Source of the DNA: Callorhinchus milii
Taxonomy: Eukaryota
DNA: 64,000 nt
Reading direction: 5' to 3'
Assembly (NCBI RefSeq): GCF_018977255.1
Contig: NW_024704742.1
Span: 34,970,001 to 35,034,000, forward strand
Positions within the stretch are counted from its first letter, which is position 1. Every line of letters begins with the position of its first letter. Shown piece by piece: positions 1 to 13,507 of this stretch. The position numbers and the translations under genes are program-made. Below the pieces are notes generated by a model. It did no database searches and was not told the DNA's origin. It was given only the letters and a program-made list of their open reading frames with translations.

Positions 1-22
1 CAGGAAGAGCAGCGGTGTGCAG
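1..22 (+). CDS. FRAS1: FRAS1 exon, 3' end only (furin-like repeat): QEEQRCA
   Basis: Ends CAG|gtaatg in phase 1; matches the position of human YQDRHSCA and joins in frame to the next exon. Confidence 0.8.
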
Positions 23-3000
23 GTAATGTGGACAGGACTATTGCGCATTGATTGCTTGGAGCTCTTTGTGAAATCATCGCTACCAAGATCTTTGTTGTAA
101 ATGAATCAAGCAATCTCATCTATCTCTATAGATGATACAATGCTAATTTTTTAAGGCATTAAGGAGATTTGCTTCTTACGGAAAGGAATAAAGTATGTTT
201 TTTTCTGTAAATGAGGTGAAAACAAATGAATACTGCACTATAGGATTATATTGTTACATATTCAGGAAAGTGGAAGTTGACATTGAGTCATGCCTTGGAT
301 AGGTACAGTGAGACTGCTGCAGGCTACATGGGACAAACCTTGTCAGAAGCAGTCACACCTGTATTTACTCAAAGCACAACAATGGAATAATTTTAATTCC
401 TCCAGATGTAAAATGCAACAATTTCAAATAAGGTTTCTTAATAGGAACTCTGAGATGAACATCCTCTGGTAATGAAAGTATGTAACTCTAAATCCATTCC
501 AGGAGTGGTCCGATCAGAGTTCTTCAAGTCAGCCTAATGTACTTCCAGTTACAGTTATGAGTCTCTATTTGCAACTGGGTTCCTATAAAGGAATCATGTT
601 TGAAATTACCATGTATTAGATTTAATGGTATAAATGAAATAGCCATGGGTTAAATGTAGATACCTTGCCTATGAGGCAGAACTCTATTAGTGACTCATGA
701 GATATTTGATCTTCCTCATTTGTGGGATACAAATGATATCCCATATTAGCCAGCAGCAGCATCTATTTATACCAAGAAGAATGCCTGTGTGGTCCAAAGC
801 ATCTTCTGAAGTATTCTGCATGGTGCCATGTTTAAAGCCTGTGACGTTAAATACGACAACTGCAATAGATTACTTTATAGGACTACCATTTTACAAGACA
901 GATCTCTGTATGGTTATTCCTGCGCATTTTACAGGGTGCTATTCGATGGAGACAGCAGCTAAATAATTAGATGGGCCTCATCACTTGTGTTTAAGCTTTT
1001 CAGCATGATCCTGGCACTGTCTGAGTGCCAAATATTTGCATGAAGATGTCAGACATGTTTGGCAGGCATCCCTCAAGCTGATGGTTCAGGTGTGAAGTGT
1101 GAAAGAACCGTTGCTGTTCAACGGGCATTTTTTAAAAATAATTTCACTCTATATTCATGGCTATGTTTATGTGGAAGCGCTCAGAAACCGCATTTTTAAA
1201 AAGTATTTCGGTTATTCATTCATTTTTGATCTTAATAGAACATTGAATTTGTTTGGTTGGCTTAACTAGGAAACCCAGAACTAGTCTCATCAGTGGTGAC
1301 TGCAGGCAGCTTGGCTCAACCACCTTGACAAAGTTCTGGCGGGTGTTGGGGGAGGGAGGTCGAGGGATGTGATAATTGATTATAATTATTAACATAATTA
1401 TAAATAATTATGTGATGCGATAATTGTCACTGGTGATTCTTATCACCTTGCAAGTTTCACAGCAATCTCTTTGAATTGGACCTATGAATGAAAATGATAA
1501 AACTACTGTAAATCAATATTTACCCTGATGCTAAAGTGCTCTCTCACTGTTTGCAGACTTCAAAATGGCAGCAAAAGCATTCAGCTGTTATGGCAGATTG
1601 GTTACATTTTGGAGATTGCCCAAGTAATTCCTACATTTTATAAAGTTACAATCACCCTTTGTTCCCACACTTTATTGTGCACACATTTTGATTAGAGGTG
1701 GCTTTGGAGCACACATGTTATCGCAGAGCTCATGAAGGTTTGTGGGAGATTGTGAAGTTTTGCTCCAGTGTTATCAATAGTCAGGAGTGCTGTTCACCCC
1801 ATGGTACTCCCACAGCAGAGTATGACTCCAGCTGTGTAACTCCAGATGTCCAGAAGCTGGGAGTCCTGCCACAAAGACCTTTCTCGTGTTACAATCTCGC
1901 TTGCCTGAGCTGCTTGGCAGATTGACACTTTCTGACTGCCAGAGTTGGCTACATTGGCCGAAACTCTGCCAGGTCAATCAGTTAAATATTCTAACCTGCC
2001 TTTTACCATCAGTAGTGGAAAATGAAACATATGGGAAAAATCAAGAATATCTTAAATAACTACCATTTTTCTGCTGCTTTTATTTACTAGGAACACATGC
2101 TTGTTTATCGCTTTAGTTCCTTTTTTAAGACAAAATCTAATCTGCATATGGTATAACCTAAATGATCCAGCACACTGGAATGACTCGCCCTATAGTGAAA
2201 GGAGTGCACCCACACACACCCCCTCCCTCCCTGCCCCCCAAATTGGAATATAATAGTGTTTTTGCATTTGTTTTGGTGATTTTTTTCTTTCTGCCCTCTC
2301 CTTGTCCTTGTTTGAAGCTGCTGATTCTTGCTGGCAGTACACCACCAAGGAGCTAATCTTCTATATGTGAGGCTGGACAGTAAGTGTTTGCAACCTATTG
2401 CAATCTCAGCCAAAGCTCAGTCTTTTCGCAGCTAACATCTGCACACATGGACTTTCCAGCAGACGTACCAGGTCAATAGTCAGATTCTCAATAGCCTGAC
2501 TTTTTTGTCAGTCTAAGCCAGAAACACTCAGCTCAATTTTTATACCTCGCCATTGCTGAAATGATCTGCTTCGTACCAGGCAAGAGATAGGTTCACATTG
2601 TGGTCAGATCTGATACAGACAGGGAACAAAGACTGTACAAGAATATGTTCTAATCCTTAACCTGACTCCTGTTTTAGCTTGGCTCTAATCAGGCAAACTG
2701 AAACAGCTATTCTCTTACACTGAGTATTTTGAGAGGTAAAATTTTGAATCAAGATGTTGGTTTTGGAAATATAATGAATGCAACGATTTGACCTGTTCCT
2801 AACCTTAGGACTGTTGTTTTAGGATGCCAAATTAAGGCTGAATTTGAGACTTAGTTTAAAATTCTACATAATCTTAAAATTTTAGGCAATGACGTGAAGT
2901 TTAAGAAAATGAGGATTTTCAGGCGTCTGATGGCCACGCTGTGAGATAAAATGCTGTACTTTTTTGTGTTCGGCCGGGTATCTGAGACATGGGGAAACCC

Positions 3001-3922
3001 AACACCATGCTTAAAAGTATCCAAACGAGACTGAGAGCTCTACACATGTACGCCACTTACACGTGAACACTGTTTAGGAACCTTACTGCCAAGATTCCCA
3101 TGGAGGATTGACTCACACAGTTGTTAAAATAAGTCACACGGGAGTAAGTCTGGAGATTCCTGGTGAAGAGCTGTTAATTATATCCCACAAGTGGGCTGCC
3201 CTAGTTATGAATTACTAGCACAGTCACGAGTGAAGCATGGGGGTTGAAAATGTGGTAGTCGTAAGGTGTATTCTCAAATAGCAATTCCTGCAGGTAACCA
3301 GATATGCTTTACATCGACATGTGGGATCTCTGCCCTGACACACCTATAGACAGAGATCTCATCGGTGCTGTGTCAGTGGAACACATACCTGATAACTTGC
3401 AGGAGTCACAATTTTTAAATCCGGGTTACAAATAACGCTTTTTCCATTCAGTGCTTAATGCTGTGAATTGGGTGTCAATCCTGGTCTATGCTTCCTCATC
3501 TAAAATACTTACGTGCAGCGATTTAGCTGATCTCAGTTGAGATGTACAATGGGCCTCAATGGTTAGGGAGAGAGAAAGCAACTACAATTCCTGCATATCA
3601 TGTCCAGACACCATGCTCTACATGGTAAAGTGCATGCCTGTGGCCGTCAGGTCAGAACTGCATTGCGATGCTCCCTGTGGTTGAATATCCTGGCAACACT
3701 GACTATCAGGATGAGGTACCAAAGAGTTAATTAAGCTGCACTGTTTTTACCTTCACATGGCAACCCAAAACTAGTAGTGTGTAATATGCCGGGGGAGGTG
3801 AATGAGCACAAGGAAAACGTATGGTAAATTGTGGAATGCAAAGAGACCATCAGTTACAACATCATGGCTCTCGTTTTGAAGAATTAGGGATCGATTTGAT
3901 GGTTGCTTTCATTTTTTTTCAG

Positions 3923-4066
3923 CTTGTCATGAGTCTTGCTTGACATGTCAAGGTCCTTCAGAAGCAGATTGTATTACCTGCAAAGACCCATCACATTTGG
4001 TCAAGGGCAGGACTTGTGTTGCCAAATGTGGTCAGGGATATTATATGAAGGACAACATCTGCTACG
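3923..4066 (+). CDS. FRAS1: FRAS1 furin-like exon (A)CHESCLTCQGPSEADCITCKDPSHLVKGRTCVAKCGQGYYMKDNICY
   Basis: ttttttttcag acceptor, G|gtaagc donor, 144 nt, phase 1-1, FU Cys spacing. Confidence 0.95.
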
Positions 4067-4776
4067 GTAAGCCTAAATCTCCAAACAGTTAGGTGCAATC
4101 CATTTGCATTTGCCTTCAGATGCTTTGGGGAGAGAACACAGTGTTGGCAGAATAACAGTAGAACTTTAAATGGTAGCATTTTAAGTTATAACTTATAAGT
4201 GATTGTAGCAAGTGCTAGATTTAAGGATGTTGATTCATGTTTTCTGCACATGCCACTGTTTCCATATCCAGTTCATGTTAAGTCTACCATCCTTTATCAA
4301 TGAGCATGTACTAATCTTCACTTGTCTGTGAATATATCAACCTTGGTGGTAATGGTATAGCTCTTCATCTGACCCTTGGGAAGTCAAATAGGAAAATCCC
4401 ATTATAAACACACATGTGTAAATTCACTGACTAGTTAATGTAAACCGCCAAATGTTTCTCTGATATTGCCTAAAATCATACGATATTACATCATAGAACC
4501 AGGTCATTTGACAGATAGTATCTTTCATTAGAAAGACGTGTTGTGTACATGTTGATCTTTAGGAGCATGTAAAAACTGTCCTAAGATCTTAATGAAGTAC
4601 CTGCAAATACCTCATCTGAACAGAAAAAATGCTTGAGGCAGAGGGCATGCGTTAACTTAAGCTTATTAACTGCATATCTGAATGGTTTGTGTTTTAATTG
4701 TTTTGTGATATTTTGCTTAGAGAACAGTTTAATCTCTTTAGCATTGCTTGGTGTTTTTTTTCTCCTTCTTGTGTAG

Positions 4777-4917
4777 AGTGTGACCGGTCCTGCCAGACCT
4801 GCTACAGCGACAGTGCAAAATGTCTCAGCTGCCCCACAGGGAGAGTGATGCATAATGGGAAGTGTGCCTCACATTGCCCCAAGGGCTATTACAAGGATGT
4901 GGCAAGGTGGTGTAGAG
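4777..4917 (+). CDS. FRAS1: FRAS1 furin-like exon (E)CDRSCQTCYSDSAKCLSCPTGRVMHNGKCASHCPKGYYKDVARWCR
   Basis: Polypyrimidine tract plus tag acceptor, G|gtagga donor, 141 nt, phase 1-1. Confidence 0.95.
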
Positions 4918-7744
4918 GTAGGAACTTACAATGGTGCTGTGAGTGGCAGGGCCAGTGATTCAGCCAGAAATATATAAATCATTTGAAGCTACTCAGGGGG
5001 GAGTTTGTCAAGTACTCTGCAAGGGCATCTTTGCTTACTGTTAGAGATTGTATTTGCATTTCATGCAGTTTAATTAGGGATAAGGCGTGCTTTACAGTCT
5101 CATCAGAAAAAATAGTGCAGCAAAGTATTTGATATCATTGTTAATTTGAGGAGTGAAAAATGTTCAAAGGGGAAGCCTTCACTGTCCGCTGGCTTTCGTT
5201 ACGTGTGACTGCGGTTGATGGATGATAATTCCTTCTGTGGTTTTGATCTGGTGGAACCAGAATTAATTGGCTTGCAAATGATTTCCTACATGTACCTCTG
5301 CACTGCTGCAGTCGTGCTGAGCGACAAAGTAAAAGGATTGTTTGTGGAGAATCCAGTTTGCTATTTCCAGCTTGGCAGGTGGTCTTGAGTTGGAAGTCAA
5401 ACTTCTTTCTTCCATTTGAGATATTTATCCTTCCTCTTCCCCTCCCCTCTTTGACTCCCTGTGTACCGTGTATTCACAAAGTCCTGTTACCCCCATGTTT
5501 TTTATTGTATAGTGTACTGACCAACAACTAAAACATGTGAAAATGATGATAATAGCATTTAAAAGTACTTAATTGTATTCAGTATAAGTGTTTAACGGTT
5601 TTTAGATGTTCGGGGGATCTGTGCTACTGCCATCATTCTCATGGCAGATAATGATCCGTTGTTATGTTCCGTGCGACCGTAACGTGGACAGGTTTGATGA
5701 GGAAGTCACTGGTATCAGACATTGTTAGACTCCACTCATCTACAACAGAAAAAAAAATTAATTGTAGAAAAAAAGCAGGGCTTTGTGAACACCCTGCACC
5801 ATGTCTGACTGGTAAGAAAGGGCAGCTGTTGTTGGCTGTCTGTGAGTATGGCTCTGTGTCTGCCCCTGGGAAGTGGATTAACACAAGATTGTGGGGAGGC
5901 AGCTGACCTTTGTTCAGTACCCACCCCCCCTTCTCCCCGCTCAGAACAAATTCCCTGGTGAGTATGACTCACATTCATGGGTCTTTTCCCCCCATGCCTG
6001 TGGGTCAGAGCGTGTTAGAGCCCTAATGAATCACCCACACTTCTGCATATTTATGGTATCAGAAAATGAAGTAACACGTTACCATTTATTTATATACTTC
6101 CATTCCTTAAACAAGCCAAAATATATGAATATATTACATATAAATATACCATATTAATATATTAATCTTGTGGGTTGCTCCTCAACAGCAATCACTTGAG
6201 GAATCTGTGTTATTTCCTTGCCCTGCAATTCCTTATTTCTTGCAGTGATATATTACCTTTCACATCAGGAGGATGTCTCAAAGTGCTTTACACAGCTGAT
6301 TGGGAGCCTGAGCTAGTGCGGGAGAGAAGGTGATCCTTCTAAGCACCGCAAAACACAGTATTCCACCATCACATATTATTATTATTACATATCACCATTA
6401 TTCAACCCCAACCTTCCTACCTTCACCTCCCTACCTACAGATAACAAAGCTCGTCTTCCTCAACCCCACCAACTCAGGTTCCGGTCAACTCTGTGAAGGA
6501 CTTTGAGGCATCCTCCCAATATAAAGGCATTAATAGAATATAAATTGTTACTATTGCATCTATCCCTGTAACCTGCAACACCACTCCAAGCCAGATACTG
6601 ATCCAGTTCTTTTTGAGAAACCTCATTGATTCAGTGTCAACACACATTAAACAATTATGTTTGTTGTTGTCCTGAAAGAAGTGCTTTCCATTGAAAGTTC
6701 TTCCCCAATGGGATATTGCTTTTACAAAATCTCAACTGGTTTTAGTTAATCCCGTGTGCAGGAGAGATTAGGGTCTGTCTGCGATTCTCACTATTTGCAC
6801 AAGAGGAAAAAATGAGTGCCCCAAAGGAACAATTTAAGGGTTTGTGTGTAATTGTTGCATAGATATACTCATTATTGATTCAAGCTATTTTAATGCTCCA
6901 TTAAATCGTTAAAGTAATAATGATTAATAATTATCATTATTGTTGATAATAATAGACTTTACATTTGATATAGCACTCAAAGTGCTTCACTGGATACACT
7001 GTAAAGTGTGATGACTGAGTATTTTGCAGGAAGGGGAGAAAATAGAATAGAATAATCTTTATACTCTGGTGTGAAAAAATCTTCAAGAGATCAATGTGGC
7101 CATTAAATATTAATCACCTTGAAAACAATTTTGCATTATGGATTGTCCCTTCATGACTATTAATAAATAAATAAATAAATAAGTACAAATTATGCTAGCT
7201 CATGGCCTAAAATTAAAAATAAATGAAATAAACCTTTCTACAACTCCACTTTCACCAAATGCAGTAAAACATTAACAGGCTGAAGATGGTCTATTTGAAG
7301 CTTGGGTGAGCAAGAGGAAATTCAGGAGTAATGAATATGGAAGTATTTTCCCCAAAATAATCCTCATTGGGTTAAAGCAAAATATAATCATTTTTTCCCT
7401 TCTTATTCTATTTTCCCTAAAATAATCCTTTGTAACTTCTCAATGTGCACCTCCTTTGTTTTTTTCAAAATACTTATTTTAATCTTCCATGTTAATACTA
7501 TTCTTCCAGACTTTCTGTTTCCTCACAGGCCACTGACTCGGCAACTGGCTGTTTGTCTTCTGCTCCTTTTCTCACCTCTGACATTACAACCACATTCCTG
7601 CTTTATAATAAATCATCATTTAATGTAACAATATTTCTATATTTATTAGTCCTGAATATCCTCTTGTTCACCCAAGCTCCAAATGGACTATCCTCAATGT
7701 TTCTCCTTCATGCATTTTCACTTATTGCACCATTTTCAAGATAA

Positions 7745-8120
7745 GAGTCCTGTAGTGTATTGGTTAGAGCACTTGCCTCGCAAGTGAGAGAACCCAGGAT
7801 CGATTCCCAGGCCGGACAAAACTTTCGGCAGGCAGGTTTTCTTACTTCACAAGCTTTTGTTTACGCAGTAGTAAGTAGGAACCCAATTGTTAGTCAACTA
7901 GCAGATTGCTTTTCGGGGGTGAAAATCCCTTAGAGAATTTTTTTTTTTTTTGGACATTCAATCCACGACTGTTTGAGGGACACTGCTGTGCCCAATTGGC
8001 TGCCGAGTTTCGTCCACAAAATATACAGTCAATTCACTTGACAGTATATTCTGTGAAGCGCTTTGAGATGTCTTAATGACCTGATAAGGTGCTATATCAA
8101 AGGCAAATTATTATTATTAT
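7745..8120 (+). mobile_element. tRNA-headed SINE, younger family, long form
   Basis: Degenerate A/B boxes, extra central segment, shared CTGTTTG.GGGACACTGCTGTG..CAATTGGCTGCC block, (ATT)n tail; homologous to other copies in the window. Confidence 0.85.
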
Positions 8121-8964
8121 AATCAAGATTTTAAGACCGAAGAGCATCCACCTAACATAGTGCTCCCATCCTCCTGCAGTTTCCTTGGTTTTAAAATCCA
8201 GGCTTTGTACCACCTGACCTCTTTTTCCCAAATTATCTTATTTTCTTTCCTACCCTTTTCATCCTCTATGGTGTCCTGCACTATGAGATTTCACTAAGGA
8301 TTTCTGCAATCAATTTGAGCACAGCAAAGTCCTCCAAACAACCATGAAGTGAATGACCAATTTTATCTGGGGGATTTTTGAACTGGGAGAAATGTCTCTT
8401 TTGAGTAGTGCTGTGGAATCTTTAGCATCCACCTGAACAGAAAGTCAGGGCATCAATTTAATGTCTCATCCAATTGATAGATCATTTGCAAAAGTTATTT
8501 AATCCCAATTATGAATGCTGGATGCAAATTAGACATCTTGTCATCGTGAACTCCTACATTCTCTAATTAAAGTGAACAAAATCTATCATCATAACATATC
8601 AAAGTGCTTCACTGGATTTACTGTGAAGTGATGTGATTGAGTATTTGTATTGTTTGCCTCTTGTAGCCCGAAGAGCAAGACGTAATTGGCTAAAATGCCT
8701 TTCATATCAAGAGGATGTCACAAAGTGTTTTCACAGGATATACTGTAAAATGTAATGACTGTGCATTTTGTAAGCTAATCCGGCAGTCAATTTGCACACA
8801 GAATGCACTGAGGATGTTTTTTAATGCAAAAATACTAGCACCTTATGCTGTTGTGAAAGGCATGGTCATGTTCAATTGCAAATAACACAATCGTGACATG
8901 GTTAAGACAAGTTTGGTCATACTCGTCAGTTGTGGAGTCCTGATATCCTGGAGTTGCAAATCTC

Positions 8965-9555
8965 AGTGGATTCCTGCTCAGTTGGTAGCACTCTCGTCTC
9001 TGAGTCAGAAGATTGTGGGTTCAAACTCCACGTCAGAACTCTGAACTCATATAGTCTAAACAGACACGCCAATGCACTGTTAGGGGTGTGTTGTTGAAGG
9101 TGCCGTCCTTCAGTTGACATGTTAAACATGAGGTCCTGGCTGCCTGCTCGGACGGATGATTATAATAATAATAATAATCCTTGCATTTATCAAGTCATTG
9201 AGGCGTCTCAAAGCCTTATCAAGTCATTGAGGCATCTCAAAGCCCTTCACAGAGTATATTGTAAAATGGATTGAACTTTGTATATTATGGGCAAAACATG
9301 GCAGCTAACTGCACACAGCAGTGTCCCACAAACAATCGTGAAATTACCTAAAAAGAGTTTCTCCCGTTGTCCTGGCCAATAATCTTGCAATAGAACTGGT
9401 CATTCCCTTCATGTCTATTTGTGGGACATTGGAGGTACACAAATTGTCTGCCGCACGTGCAAATATTGGCTCTACTTAACAGTATATCCTGTGAAGCGTT
9501 TTGAGATGGCATCCCGACGTGAAAGGCACTATGCCAAATGTAAGGATTATTATGA
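8965..9555 (+). mobile_element. Older Deu-domain SINE (SacSINE1-like), interrupted by an antisense younger SINE fragment at ~9160-9345
   Basis: Head GCTCAGTTGGTAGCACTCTCGTCTCTGAGTCAGAAG..GGGTTCAAA; the body resumes at ~9350 (GAGTTTCTCCC..GTCCTGGCCAA) and ends in an ATT tail. Confidence 0.75.
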
Positions 9556-9643
9556 TTGCTTACTGATTTATTATCCATTGTTTCCTGGTGTTTGCAGCAT
9601 AATGATATCCATTTCACAGCTGCTGTTGTTTCTCTTGTTTCAG

Positions 9644-9784
9644 CCTGCCATACTTCGTGTGCAGCCTGCACTGGTTCATCTCCTGTCCAGTGTGCCTCCT
9701 GTTCCAACCATCTTTTCTTGCACAAGGGACAGTGCCTCCCGGCTTGCCCTGAGGGATTTTACCCTGAGAGTGGTGCATGTCGAG
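9644..9784 (+). CDS. FRAS1: FRAS1 furin-like exon (A)CHTSCAACTGSSPVQCASCSNHLFLHKGQCLPACPEGFYPESGACR
   Basis: tttcag acceptor, G|gtatgc donor, 141 nt, phase 1-1. Confidence 0.95.
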
Positions 9785-10109
9785 GTATGCCACATCATCT
9801 GGCAACCGTGTGTTGACTCATTTTAAAAGTCTACTGTGATGCAATAATATTTTTTGACAGGAGAAGCTGAAATAGTCATGAGAACTGTTCCAGTGTACTA
9901 GCTTCAGTGTTAATTATTCAGCACAGATTCTGTGTATGTTGTCAAACTTTTAATTGGTTACCACTGTCATAACCATTAAGTAGTTTTCTCTTGGAATAGT
10001 TCTGGAAACTACCTGTTGTTACACATTTACATGTAAATTGTTGTTATTGCTGTAAACATTGTAAATCAGAATGCTTTGTCCTTGCTGAAAGTGGCGCGTA
10101 TATTAGACT

Positions 10110-10560
10110 TTTTGGTCATCGCCATGCTTAAAGAGTATCCACATATGTATACAACTTACACATGGAGATTTGACTGTGTCTAGAATGGGAGGGATACACC
10201 ATGTTTACTTAGTCCTGGGTAGGTAAGAGCAAGGGTTTAGGGACATCAGAGTGTACGTTGGGATATTGTTGGAGTTTAACCAGCTGTTTTTTGGTCAGCC
10301 GGGTGTCTGTCACGTGCAGAAATTCATCACCGTGCTTAAGAATATCCAAACCAAACTGAGTGTCCCATGCATCCCACCTACACGTGGATATTCCCGAGAT
10401 AGATTGTTGGAATGGAATCCGTACTCTCCCTGGAGGCATGCATCCGGTTTACCTAAGCCCGGAGAGTATTAGACACAGATTGGCAAGAGCCAAGGCTGGA
10501 GTCGAGCCAACTAAAACTGCATAGCTTGCCATTGAAAGCACTATTTGGCAAGCTTTCCCA
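10110..10560. repeat. Unclassified interspersed repeat; related segments at ~2965-3110, ~11200-11350 (inverted) and ~61620-61835
   Basis: Shared strings GGTC.G.CGG.TGTCTG, (A/G)TGCTTA...GTATCCAAAC.A.ACTGA and GAG.ATTAG...A.ATTG.CAAGAGCCAAG. Confidence 0.65.
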
Positions 10561-10728
10561 ATGCTTGTTAAGCTAGGACTACCCTACCCATTAGGGCTTT
10601 GTCATTCATTCACTCATGACATGATTAACTTTTCTAGGTTAATAAATGATAAATAAAAAATAAATAATCCTTGCATTTGAAATAGTGGCTTTGAGGTGGG
10701 GAGGACCTCTCAGATCGCACCTCAGGCT

Positions 10729-11040
10729 TAATAATAATAATAATTCTTGCATTTGATATAGCACTTTTCACATCTTCTAGACGCCTCAAAGTGCTACACA
10801 GAATATACTGTAAAGTGAATTGACTGTATATTTGTGGGTGAAACACGGCAGCCAATTGTGCATAGCAGTGTCCCACAAACAGTCGTGGATTGAAAATGAC
10901 CAATTTATTATTTTTTTTTGAAGGGATCATTATCAGGCGTGTGGAGTAAGGAAACTTGCCCAAGGTTTCGCCCTGCCTGGAATTGAACCCAGGTGTTTCG
11001 TTGCAAGGCGAGTGCTCTAACCACTGAGCTACAGGACTCC
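10729..11040 (-). mobile_element. tRNA-headed SINE, younger family, short form, full length
   Basis: The reverse complement begins GGAGTCCTGTAGCTCAGTGGTTAGAGC (A box), has GGTTCAATTCC (B box) and ends in (ATT)n. Confidence 0.92.
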
Positions 11041-11079
11041 ACATTAACTGTGTAGTGTAGTGACTGGAGACGAATGTGA

Positions 11080-11760
11080 TATAACAACAACAAATTACAT
11101 TACATTTGTAAAGCCTTTCACGTCGGGAAGACGGCCCAAGGTGTTGAACAGTCAGGGATTTGGACTCAAGCTGGGGATTGGGATCAGGAGGGGTGGAGGG
11201 CAATCCCCGTTGTGTAAGCATGGTGATGAATTTCAGCATGTGACAGACATTCAGCTGACCCATAGATAGCTGGTTAAACTCCCAACAATATCCCAACGTA
11301 CACTCTGGTGGCACCAAACTCTTACCAACCTGTGGCCTAATACTCTCCAGGGGTAGGAGGGTGACCGAAGGCGTGGGTGAAAAGGAGGGTCTTGAGATGT
11401 GCCTTGAAGGAGGCAAGGGAGGGAGCGAGGTAAAGGGACTGTAGGACGTAATTCCAAAGGGTGGGAGGGAAGAGGCTGAAGGCCCGACTGTCAATGATGG
11501 GGTGGATCGGGCGGGGGACGTGGATCAGGCCAGAGACTGCTCAGCAGAGGGAGCGGACAGGTCAATATGGTGTTAGCTGGTCACAGAGGTAGGAAGGAGC
11601 AAGGCCATGGAGGCTTTCAAGACAAGGACGAGGATTTTGAACTCTATCTTCTGGGGGATGGGTAGCCAGTGAAGCTGGGTGGGGCTGATTGGGTCATGGA
11701 GCTTGGTACAGGAGAGGACATGAGCTGGAGAGTTTTGGATGATCTGCAGCTTGTGAGGGA
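11080..11760 (-). mobile_element. L2-clade LINE 3' fragment, interrupted at ~11200-11350
   Basis: The minus strand encodes decayed KLQIIQN...LHWLPI..KIEFKILVL, typical of the L2 ORF2 C-terminus; (TTG)n-type tail near 11085. Confidence 0.75.
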
Positions 11761-12662
11761 AGAGTATTACGGATTTTGCAAATATAGTATCAGATAGTTG
11801 AAGCTATGATTCCTGATTAAAATATATTGTTGTGCAAAATTTTGGGCCAAAAGTGCTGCATTCACAAAAGCTGCGTTTTAAGCCACGTTGTGTTGCTGGG
11901 ATGCGGCTTTGCCTAGATGAGAAGTGTGAGGTTTGTATTATCTCTGACATTGATTCTGCACCACAAGTTCCTAGGACTGTGATTGATTGATTCTGCATTG
12001 CTGCTTTCTGCCAAAACCATAAACACTGTGGTGCAGCGGGTAGATCAAGACAGTATTTCAATGTTTCTGCAACAGATTTTATGAGGATACCAGTTTTATG
12101 GGTTTGTGAATATTCCCTATTGCATTATTAGAATAACTTGAAGGTATTAATAGAGCTCTGCAGCTATAGTTAGAAGAACATTAATAAGGCATGAATCAAA
12201 AAGTCTTCATCTGACTCTCTCCTCATTTCCCTGTTCTGAGTGATATAGTACTGCACAGATTGTGACAATGATAGATTGATTGTCTGTGTCAATAGCTGTA
12301 ATAAAAAAAAGTCCATAGGATAACACTATTCTACGTATAAATATATATTGAGTTGAATACACCATCGCTATTGTACTCTGAGTGGCTGAGCAATTTGGAC
12401 ATTTGATTCTTGATGCCCCAATAATTACACTGAGCAAATATTTTTTTCAATTCAAATTCACTTTGACAAAACTGGCCTCCACTCTGCTTCCTCAGACGTG
12501 CAGTCATGACTGGGGACTTGCTGTGCAGTGAATTATTGATGTAATATCCATTCCTTACTGCTTTGAAGAGAATGTTTTTCATGGGTGTGCCAGTATCTCA
12601 TCTTATTTTTTGTTCAAACTTATAAAGTCAGGTTCTGATTGTTACCTTTGTTCTCACTTAAG

Positions 12663-12827
12663 CTTGCAGCCCACTGTGCCGTTCCTGCTTCGGATCCACA
12701 CCGTCAGACTGTACTGAGTGTCTCAAACCAGAACAAGTCATCCAGGTTCATCAGGGCACAGGGCGTGGAGCGTGCATGGCTGAGTGCGATCCCCACTATT
12801 ATGTTAATACAGGAAAAGTGTGCTCAG
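12663..12827 (+). CDS. FRAS1: FRAS1 furin-like exon (A)CSPLCRSCFGSTPSDCTECLKPEQVIQVHQGTGRGACMAECDPHYYVNTGKVCS
   Basis: aag acceptor, CAG|gtaaaa donor, 165 nt, phase 1-1; carries the longer KPE..QV loop typical of this FRAS1 repeat. This reading frame is not in the ORF track. Confidence 0.93.
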
Positions 12828-13507
12828 GTAAAAGGATTTTGGTTAGTTTCATTTGACTCGGATTGAAGGAGTCATCTATACATTTTACTGCAGGTAAAAC
12901 AAAGCTATGGCACCTGGAATAAGATAATATTTTACAACTACAAAGGATGATTTTTCACGTATAGTATCATGTGGAAAATGCTTAAGTTCTCCATTGTCCT
13001 CATATCTCTATGTCCATTTGTGACTTCTTCAAATTGCGAAATCCAGTAAGTGCCTGTTTATTTATACACAGCTGAGAAGTATTGGATTGTTGTATTCTGT
13101 TTTAGAATCTGGGTTTACTCGACTGGAGCAGATGCATATATTGCTTCTTGTTCAGTGAAATACGAATAGCTGTTCCTCAACTGTTCTTCCAGACCTTATC
13201 ATTCTTTGCATCTAACGTTTGGGGGGTGAAGTTCTCAAAAAAATCACCAGATTTCTCCATGATCCTCACTAGTATTTTCTTTATAAATAACCTATGTAGG
13301 AGTTTATTTGAATGAAGTACACCTAAGACTTCAGAGTTTAACCAACAGAAACAGTGCAGCCTACCATTATAGAGCACTGGTAAGCTGCTCACTGCTCGTC
13401 TACATAGGGCCATCTTATCTGTTAAGTATCAGAAAACTCTCAAAGCCAAAACCCTAAGTGTGAAAAATTCCTGTCCCCAGTAACTGGTCTCTTCTTCCAA
13501 GTCCTGT

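Noticed and set aside
10634..11494. Longest ORF in the track (286 aa, minus strand)
   Set aside because: It runs across an L2 fragment, an unclassified repeat and a SINE; a chance read-through with no coherent domain.
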